64,000 nt of DNA from a virus (taxonomy: Duplodnaviria; Caudoviricetes). Location: positions 1 through 64,000 of IMG/VR virus record IMGVR_UViG_3300032213_002237. One strand, 5' to 3'. Shown here piece by piece: positions 57,506-64,000 of the stretch. Within the stretch, counting starts at the first letter, position 1, and the number at the start of each line of letters is the position of its first letter. The position numbers and the translations under genes are program-made. A model generated the notes under the pieces. It was not told where the DNA came from. It made no database searches and was given only the letters and a program-made list of their open reading frames with translations.

Positions 57506-57931
57506 ATGACAAAAATTAAAAACGGTGATAATGTATCTGTTCATTATACAGGTAAATTAGAAGATGGTTCAGTATTCGACACATCTTTAGCTGAGGGTAG
57601 AGAACCTCTTACAGTAACATTAGGTCAAGGACAATTAATTCCTGGTTTTGAAAACGGATTAATTGATATGACCGCTGGTGAAATGAAAACAATTGAAATT
57701 GAACCAGAAAATGCTTACGGAGAAATTCAACCTCAAATGATGAGTGAAATACCACTATCTCAAGTCCCTGAAGGTGTTAAAGCCGGGGATATGTTACAAG
57801 GACAAAACCAATTTGGTCCTGTAAACGTTGTAGTTACAGAAGTTAAAGAAAGCACTGTTGTGTTGGACATGAACCACCCACTAGCAGGTAAGAAACTTAT
57901 CTTTGATTTAGAAGTTGTATCTGTAAACTAA
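57506..57931 (+). CDS. FKBP-type peptidyl-prolyl isomerase (SlyD-like, no His tail)
   Basis: VHYTGKLEDGSVFDTS, LIPGFE, AYG and DMNHPLAGKKL motifs. Confidence 0.93.
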   Translation: MTKIKNGDNVSVHYTGKLEDGSVFDTSLAEGREPLTVTLGQGQLIPGFENGLIDMTAGEMKTIEIEPENAYGEIQPQMMSEIPLSQVPEGVKAGDMLQGQNQFGPVNVVVTEVKESTVVLDMNHPLAGKKLIFDLEVVSVN

Positions 57932-58063
57932 TACAATTTCATTTATTTTAAAAATTTCCCACTTTTTGTGGGATTTTTTTTTAAAATAAATTTGTATAAT
58001 CAAAAAACATGTGTATATTTGTAGAAGATAATCAAACAATAACCCTTTAATACTTACAAGAAA

Positions 58064-58249
58064 ATGAAAAATGTAAAAAATGTCCTTTTGGTTTTAGTGG
58101 TTTTAGCAGCACTATCTTTCGTATCCGCAAGATACTTCGCAAATAACATGGATACCTCTTGTTTTTTATTTCAAAGAATCAGTAATTACATTTTATACTT
58201 TGGAATTTTACCAATCATGACTTTTATCCTTATCAAAGATAAAAAGTAA
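58064..58249 (+). CDS. small two-TM membrane protein
   Basis: hydrophobic; TATATTTGtagaa upstream; terminator downstream. Confidence 0.7.
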   Translation: MKNVKNVLLVLVVLAALSFVSARYFANNMDTSCFLFQRISNYILYFGILPIMTFILIKDKK

Positions 58250-58267
58250 TACCACATTACATAATAA

Positions 58268-58297
58268 AAAAAAGGTAACTATAGTTACCTTTTTTTT
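58268..58297. terminator. bidirectional intrinsic terminator
   Basis: aaaaaggtaac-tata-gttaccttttt. Confidence 0.85.
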
Positions 58298-58347
58298 TAA
58301 AATTTCATATATTAATTAATAAAAATTAACCTTACATTTAAATTTTA

Positions 58348-58836
58348 TTAGTTTTGAATTTCATCAGTTTTATACCTTTCATCGTCGTTATATTTCATTA
58401 AAATACTTGAAAAATATTTTAAATAATCTACGTTACCATCAAAATTTGCATAACTAGGTATTCCACCGTCAAATCTATAGTCATCAGGTTTTCTAAAATC
58501 TGTCTGAATATAATCAATAATTAATGGATATTTATTTCCATCCGCATAACCATTTTGAATTGCCCAAAGAGCTGCGTTATACGCATCTTGAGAAGTAATT
58601 TTACTAATAGCCGTTTTTACTTTTTCTTCATTAGTAAGAGGACCTTCTATAGCATCTCTTAACTCATATGCGGTACCTTTACCAAAATCTAAAAATGCCG
58701 TATTTACAGGTACTGCTTTACCCTTAATTGTTGCAAATGCTTGGTATTCTTCAAATAATTTACCTTTCAAAGATGGATTTGAGTGCATTCCCAAAATTCT
58801 TTGTTTTTCTGATTCGGTTATAACTAATCTTTTCAT
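58348..58836 (-). CDS. hypothetical protein with shared leader
   Basis: MKRLVITESEKQRILGMH...LFEE. Confidence 0.78.
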   Translation of the reverse strand: MKRLVITESEKQRILGMHSNPSLKGKLFEEYQAFATIKGKAVPVNTAFLDFGKGTAYELRDAIEGPLTNEEKVKTAISKITSQDAYNAALWAIQNGYADGNKYPLIIDYIQTDFRKPDDYRFDGGIPSYANFDGNVDYLKYFSSILMKYNDDERYKTDEIQN

Positions 58837-58904
58837 AATTTTAATTTTAATTTTATTACTATAAATATATCAAACAATGAAAAAAAATAACTATTTTTGT
58901 TTTT

Positions 58905-59438
58905 ATGAATATCTTCTTTTTAGATTGGGACACAAAAAAATGTGCAGAATACCATTGTGATAAACACGTGGTTAAGATGATTCTTGAAACTGCTCAGCTA
59001 TTATGTGGTGCCCACCATGTGACCCACCAAGCACCCACCAAGTACCGCCCAAGTACCGCCCAAGTACCGTACAAGTTATCACACAAAAATCACCCCTGTT
59101 CAATATGGGTTAGAGAGTCATCATCAAACTATCTTTATCTTTGTGACTTAGGACTTGAGTTATGTAAAGAATACACTTATAGATACGGAAAACGTCATAA
59201 ATCACAGGATGTAATTGAATGGTGTTTAACAAATAAATTAAACATTCATGACAAAGGTTTTACTGAACCGCCAAAAGCAATGCCTGATGAATACAAAGTA
59301 ACAGACGTTATAGAATCATACAGAAACTATTATAACGGAGCTAAGAAAGATTTTGCTAAATGGAAAAATAGAGATATCCCTGAATGGTTTAACCATTCAT
59401 CAACTGTTGCATCTGAGCAACAAGTTGACCTTGTTTAG
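58905..59438 (+). CDS. pyrimidine-dimer DNA glycosylase/endonuclease V-like protein
   Basis: MNIFFLD...HCDKHVVKMILETAQLL, HKNHPCSIW and YRNYY motifs. Confidence 0.75.
   Translation: MNIFFLDWDTKKCAEYHCDKHVVKMILETAQLLCGAHHVTHQAPTKYRPSTAQVPYKLSHKNHPCSIWVRESSSNYLYLCDLGLELCKEYTYRYGKRHKSQDVIEWCLTNKLNIHDKGFTEPPKAMPDEYKVTDVIESYRNYYNGAKKDFAKWKNRDIPEWFNHSSTVASEQQVDLV
59023..59077 (+). repeat. degenerate 11-bp tandem repeat in CDS
   Basis: cccaccaagca cccaccaagta ccgcccaagta ccgcccaagta ccgtacaagtt. Confidence 0.8.
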
Positions 59439-59577
59439 ACTGTAATACACGAATTCTACCCATCTGTTCATCATTCATCTCAAAATGTTCTGCTTTAATC
59501 TCGTTAATTTGATTATCTAAACGGGTATGTTGTAATAATAGATTACTATACAATTGTGATTTTTGTTCTTGTGTCAT
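59389..59577 (-). CDS. small Gln-rich coiled-coil protein
   Basis: ORF overlapping 3' end of convergent gene. Confidence 0.65.
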   Translation of the reverse strand: MTQEQKSQLYSNLLLQHTRLDNQINEIKAEHFEMNDEQMGRIRVLQSKQGQLVAQMQQLMNG

Positions 59578-59640
59578 AAAATAAAAATAAAAATAAATTT
59601 AAAAAAATAAACCCCTTTTTACAAGGGGTTTTAAAGTTTA

Positions 59641-59739
59641 TTAACTTCCACAATAATCATCACATTCGTCTAACAATTCTCCATCATCATAAATTTCTTG
59701 GTTGTAATAGTCTTCGTCAGGGAAATTGTTTAGCATCAT
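59641..59739 (-). CDS. 32-aa acidic micropeptide (not in ORF track)
   Basis: MMLNNFPDEDYYNQEIYDDGELLDECDDYCGS; TATATTTG upstream, hairpin downstream. Confidence 0.55.
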   Translation of the reverse strand: MMLNNFPDEDYYNQEIYDDGELLDECDDYCGS

Positions 59740-59793
59740 ATTGTTTTTATTTTAGATTACAAATATAGTGAAAAAATTTAATTATTAGGTTTT

Positions 59794-60141
59794 TTACCAA
59801 TCAATTCCAGGACCAAATTTCCTTTCATCAATAATATCGTTTATATATAATTCAATATTGGGCAACAAATCTTCTATTCTATATTGAATTTCCGCCCTGA
59901 TATTATCAAAATCATCTCTTAACTGAGTTCTGTAAATATTAATGAGAACTTTTATCTTACCTGACATTACAACATCAACAACCTCAATCTTATCAACAGA
60001 TTCAACCTCATGTAATTCATCCATCTCACCCATTCCCCATTCCTCAGATTCTTCTCTTAAACTATCTAATTTAGAATTAATCAATCCCTGAATTAAATTT
60101 TTTGTCTTTTCTAATTGTTTTTGGTCTATGATGTACTTCAT
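59794..60141 (-). CDS. hypothetical protein
   Basis: MKYIIDQKQLE leader-like start. Confidence 0.72.
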   Translation of the reverse strand: MKYIIDQKQLEKTKNLIQGLINSKLDSLREESEEWGMGEMDELHEVESVDKIEVVDVVMSGKIKVLINIYRTQLRDDFDNIRAEIQYRIEDLLPNIELYINDIIDERKFGPGIDW

Positions 60142-60155
60142 ATATTATATATACC

Positions 60156-60860
60156 TTACGCAACGATAATGTTCACATCAACATATTGCCAGTCTCTGTT
60201 TATCATTGTTCTATATTGACCCAAATTTTCTATAATACAATCCCATACAGGGTTTTCAAACAATTCGTCATTATCATACTTTATATCATAAACCAAGTGA
60301 ACCATTTCATCATAGTTTTTCATAAAATGATGAACCTTTCTAACAAGGTCATCAACAAATATTTTTTCAATTTCAAAAGTGATGTCTATTCTAAAAGATT
60401 CACTACTTTCCCAATACATTTCAAAGTCATTATTAACAATATATTTTCCATATATTGTATATATTATGCTGTTATTATCTCTGTATTTTATCTCAACGGT
60501 ATCGGTATTTAAACATTTTCTTAATTTTTTTTCATTTTCTTCAGGAATATAAAACTCTCCTTTATTGAAATCATTTAATACTATAAGTGATGGACGTTGA
60601 TATGATTTAATTGATACATTGGCAAAATTTCCAACAGTATCTAATTCATCATCAAGTAAAGAGCTGAGTGCATTGTATGAAAACGGAATGTTATTTGGAT
60701 TTTTTATCTTTAAGATTGGAACCTTAACTAGTTCATTATCCAAATAAATACCAGTATATTTGTCATCATGATAAATTATTAATCCGTGAATCTCTTTTGA
60801 CTTAAAATAGACGGACATTACTTTAGAAAACGCCTTGTATTTGGAAGGTAAAACACTCAT
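60156..60860 (-). CDS. hypothetical protein
   Basis: ORF. Confidence 0.72.
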   Translation of the reverse strand: MSVLPSKYKAFSKVMSVYFKSKEIHGLIIYHDDKYTGIYLDNELVKVPILKIKNPNNIPFSYNALSSLLDDELDTVGNFANVSIKSYQRPSLIVLNDFNKGEFYIPEENEKKLRKCLNTDTVEIKYRDNNSIIYTIYGKYIVNNDFEMYWESSESFRIDITFEIEKIFVDDLVRKVHHFMKNYDEMVHLVYDIKYDNDELFENPVWDCIIENLGQYRTMINRDWQYVDVNIIVA

Positions 60861-60863
60861 GTA

Positions 60864-61373
60864 TTATATTTCGTATTCGTCAGGGATTATTTCTTCAACG
60901 TCTTCTTCTGTTGTATTAATCACTCGTTTCATATCTCTCCAATCAATACCATTGATTGATAGAATATGTACCATTGTCATACCTGAATTAAGTTTTTTAT
61001 CGTTAAGTAATGCCCATTCATCCGCAGTATCATCCTCATACATTTTTAAATAATTATATAAGATTGCAATATCAACTTCATCAGTAACTTCAGGTATTAT
61101 CACATCAACATAAACGTCATACATTTCTCCAAAGTAGTCATCTGCCACTTCAACAGCTTTTATTTGAACAGGAAGTCGGTATCTTTTGGACAAATCGTCA
61201 AGATAGAACTCAATATTACCTCCTAACTTTGAATCAACCAATGCTTTTAGATATGGATATTTGGAAACTTTTTGAATGAATTGTTCTAACCCACCAAAAA
61301 ACTTGGCAATATCCAAAACTGAGCCTCCTTTATCAATTAAACCAATTACTTTTTGTGAAAAATTATCAGACAT
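60864..61373 (-). CDS. hypothetical protein
   Basis: probable ATG 61373, 5 nt after TATTTAT. Confidence 0.7.
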   Translation of the reverse strand: MSDNFSQKVIGLIDKGGSVLDIAKFFGGLEQFIQKVSKYPYLKALVDSKLGGNIEFYLDDLSKRYRLPVQIKAVEVADDYFGEMYDVYVDVIIPEVTDEVDIAILYNYLKMYEDDTADEWALLNDKKLNSGMTMVHILSINGIDWRDMKRVINTTEEDVEEIIPDEYEI

Positions 61374-61431
61374 ATAAGATAAATACATCATAAAACAAAA
61401 AACCCCACTCAGATGAATGGGGGTTTAAAAA

Positions 61432-61938
61432 TTACTCCTCTTCCTCGTCAAGATATCTACCAAGATTAACAGGTTGCACAAATGTCCCCTCAAGTTCGGA
61501 CATTTCTTTTTTATACTCCTCAACAGTCTCAACTGAATAGATGGGAGCAAATAATGGACGACGACTAAATGGAACGTTATCTCGGTTTTCCCATTCCTCC
61601 AATTCTTTTTCTATATTAGGAATTTGTCGTTTCAAATATGAATATTTGTACCACTTCTCGTAGTCCTCACGTGTAGGAAAGAATTTAACGTCACCGTAGT
61701 TATAAATATTCAAATCAGGGTTGTTTGTATAAACATTAAGAATACCATCATAACCATCATACTGATTACATAACTCTTGAAGAGTATATGGGTTTGTTAT
61801 ACCTTTTTCTTCCCAACTTCTTCCATAGGAATTAATTTTACAGATATAAAAATATCCGTCTTCAAAAGAATAAATTTGACTGTTAATCTTGTCTTTCAAT
61901 TCAACAAGTTGTTTGATTGTATAATTAGATAAATCCAT
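61432..61938 (-). CDS. hypothetical protein
   Basis: TATATTTGtcccATG; terminator at about 61399-61426. Confidence 0.75.
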   Translation of the reverse strand: MDLSNYTIKQLVELKDKINSQIYSFEDGYFYICKINSYGRSWEEKGITNPYTLQELCNQYDGYDGILNVYTNNPDLNIYNYGDVKFFPTREDYEKWYKYSYLKRQIPNIEKELEEWENRDNVPFSRRPLFAPIYSVETVEEYKKEMSELEGTFVQPVNLGRYLDEEEE

Positions 61939-61959
61939 GGGACAAATATAAAATAAAAT

Positions 61960-62343
61960 TTACAATATTTCCAAATTAATTCCAAGTAATTCACATATGT
62001 TCATAATATGTTTTACCTTAACCTCAGTTGAACTATATCCGCTAACATATAATTCTTCATTAATCTTATACATTTGTTTCATAGGTTTATTCACCTTAGA
62101 AATAAAAAAAGATGGGATACACTTTTCGAACATTTCATAAGGGTGAATCTTAGAAATATCAGAAATAAATGATACGTAATTCTTGGTTGTAATAGTTCTG
62201 TCATAATTCTTACCCAATACTTTAAATTTAAAAATGGTTTTAGAATTCTTTTTCTTTTTTGGAAACTTTTCGTCATATAGTTTATTAACTATATCAAAAA
62301 GTTCATCAGGACATGTTTCAATAAGTTGTTGTAATTTTTCCAT
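61960..62343 (-). CDS. hypothetical protein
   Basis: ORF. Confidence 0.7.
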   Translation of the reverse strand: MEKLQQLIETCPDELFDIVNKLYDEKFPKKKKNSKTIFKFKVLGKNYDRTITTKNYVSFISDISKIHPYEMFEKCIPSFFISKVNKPMKQMYKINEELYVSGYSSTEVKVKHIMNICELLGINLEIL

Positions 62344-62453
62344 AGTATTATATTTTTTATAATAATACTAATAATGATTTTACTAGTCAAATAATCTAGT
62401 AAAACAAAAACCCCATCAAAAATGAATGGGGTTTTAAATTAATTATAATTTCT

Positions 62454-62843
62454 TCATTTAAGTTGTTTCATCGATAATGCCAAATAATATGAAGTACCTG
62501 GTGTTTTGAAACTACCTATACCATGAGGGAATGTAAAAGCGTCATTTTTGTAAGTATATATTGCACGGGGTTTTAATTGTGGGTATTCATAGTTGTCAGT
62601 TGAAATTAAATCATAACTGTTACCACCAACTGACTTTACCGACATGGCAACTCTAACAGGTTTACCGTCTTTGTTTTTAATTACGTTTTTATCTTTACCA
62701 AAAACTGTGAAAAAATAGTCTTTACCATCCTCAAAATTTATATCTTCTGGTTTCTTTTTTGAAGTATCTGTTGTTTCTTCATTAATAACTCTTTTAACTA
62801 TTCTAACCAAATCTGACTCGGTTAATCTCACTATTTTTTTCAT
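62454..62843 (-). CDS. hypothetical protein with shared leader
   Basis: [22 protein letters not shown]. Confidence 0.8.
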   Translation of the reverse strand: MKKIVRLTESDLVRIVKRVINEETTDTSKKKPEDINFEDGKDYFFTVFGKDKNVIKNKDGKPVRVAMSVKSVGGNSYDLISTDNYEYPQLKPRAIYTYKNDAFTFPHGIGSFKTPGTSYYLALSMKQLK

Positions 62844-62877
62844 AATATATAATGTTTAATATAAATATATGTGGGTT

Positions 62878-63189
62878 TTAAAACTCCATGTTAATTCTCT
62901 TAATTTCTATTCCAAACTTATCGGAATAATATTTTTCAATACCTTCACCAACCGAATTTCCAAATAAGATACGCATCTTTTCAAAAAAAGAATAATCAAT
63001 CCATAATGTCCCGTGATTATTTCTGTGAGCAATTCTTACAGGGTAACCATCACTATCAACGTCTTTCCTACTAAAAAAATGAATATACCCATCATCTTTG
63101 TCAATGTTCATTTCAACATCACCATAGGTAGCCTCCATGTACTTCTTAATAACCTCATTTAACTTACTCTCGGTAATAATATATTTCAT
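62878..63189 (-). CDS. hypothetical protein with shared leader
   Basis: MKYIITESKLNEVIKKYME. Confidence 0.78.
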   Translation of the reverse strand: MKYIITESKLNEVIKKYMEATYGDVEMNIDKDDGYIHFFSRKDVDSDGYPVRIAHRNNHGTLWIDYSFFEKMRILFGNSVGEGIEKYYSDKFGIEIKRINMEF

Positions 63190-63200
63190 ATTATATATTT

Positions 63201-63818
63201 TTATTCAACTGGTGGCTCCGGTGTACTTGTCACATCGTTTAAATATTTAACATAGGGACGCCCAATGGGAGTGAAAACATTAACAGTGTCTTTAGTGAAT
63301 GGACGACCTTCAGTAGCCGAATAAAATTTAAAATCTGAAAATGGTAAAAAAGGGTAATTTAATAACTTATCACCAAATTTATTCTTTAATTCATCCACAG
63401 TAAGATTTGTTGCAATAGCTGTCAAAACTTCATTATCATTATTTATATGTTTACCAAATGTTTTAAATGATGACATTTTATTAAATAATTTTTCTAAAAC
63501 ACCCTCAACATAAATAGTATACCTATCTTGAGCCATAACGTAATCAGTTGGTACTGGTTTTGGTGTTGATGAAACCGTAGTTTGAGTTTTTCCAGGTATT
63601 TTTAATTTTTGACCAACACGAATTAAATTTACATTTTTAATATTATTTAAAGTTGCAATTTCTTTCCAATTAACACCCAAGGTTTTACCAATCTTACTTA
63701 AAGTATCACCCTTCTTAACTACATACTCCTGATTTGTTACCGCATTAGAATCTTCTGTAATAACTTTTTTAACTATTCTAACCAAATCAGATTCAGTTAA
63801 TCTTATAATCTTTTTCAT
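63201..63818 (-). CDS. LysM-domain protein with shared leader
   Basis: [12 protein letters not shown]...LNNI...[11 protein letters not shown]; [22 protein letters not shown]. Confidence 0.88.
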   Translation of the reverse strand: MKKIIRLTESDLVRIVKKVITEDSNAVTNQEYVVKKGDTLSKIGKTLGVNWKEIATLNNIKNVNLIRVGQKLKIPGKTQTTVSSTPKPVPTDYVMAQDRYTIYVEGVLEKLFNKMSSFKTFGKHINNDNEVLTAIATNLTVDELKNKFGDKLLNYPFLPFSDFKFYSATEGRPFTKDTVNVFTPIGRPYVKYLNDVTSTPEPPVE

Positions 63819-63842
63819 ATTACAATAAATATATGCAAAATA

Positions 63843-63867
63843 AAAAACCCCTCACATCGGAGGGGTT
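63843..63867 (-). terminator. intrinsic terminator
   Basis: aaaaacccctc-acatcg-gaggggtt. Confidence 0.75.
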
Positions 63868-63888
63868 GTGCTATAATATTAATATTTT

Positions 63889-64000
63889 TTAAAATATCAT
63901 TGTACCTAATTCGGTACCATTTTGACTTATCGAAATACCTGGTTGTCCAGGAGCTCCGTTAATCCCAATGTCAAGGGTATCCCCGTATGACCATTGGTAA
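63889..64000 (-). CDS. 3' end of a gene running off the window
   Basis: open frame ...GFNGAPGQPGISISQNGTELGTMIF*. Confidence 0.6.
   Translation of the reverse strand, partial: YQWSYGDTLDIGINGAPGQPGISISQNGTELGTMIF

Noticed and set aside
1340-62276. Many short antisense or alternate-frame ORFs in the track (for example 5562..5957, 25649..25999, 41920..42309, 60186..60512)
   Set aside because: Fully nested in longer genes with recognisable motifs, and no supporting signals
1-64000. Alternative genetic code (stop recoding)
   Set aside because: Core genes are full-length and densely packed under code 11; no suppressor tRNA seen

Overview
This AT-rich window comes from a large T4-like (gp17/gp20/gp21/gp23-type) jumbo phage that uses the standard genetic code. 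The host is probably Bacteroidota: host-type TAnnTTTG promoters, a Bacteroidota-like bS21, ClpC and DUF4494-like protein, and Q-rule signal peptides all point that way. Bases 1-31 kb hold PhoH, two glycosyltransferases, a gp55-like sigma factor, baseplate-type genes and the head/packaging module with an antisense-oriented bS21. A ClpC/peptidase/tmRNA cluster, cell-wall enzymes and tRNA-Arg follow, then about 27 kb of cassette-like accessory genes. The main candidate novel system is about 20 unrelated proteins that share short amphipathic leader or tail motifs ending in (I/L/V)-x-E. Most of these genes have a TATTTAT element upstream, and one motif class resembles the scaffold C-terminus. I infer a capsid cargo-loading and protease-release system. 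Other highlights: an Asn-rich leader peptide plus terminator before an asparagine-synthetase-like gene, a PPK2-lysozyme fusion, a non-host tmRNA tag, apparently leaderless transcripts, and an 11-bp tandem repeat in a DNA-repair gene. All calls come from motif recognition by eye; no database searches were run.
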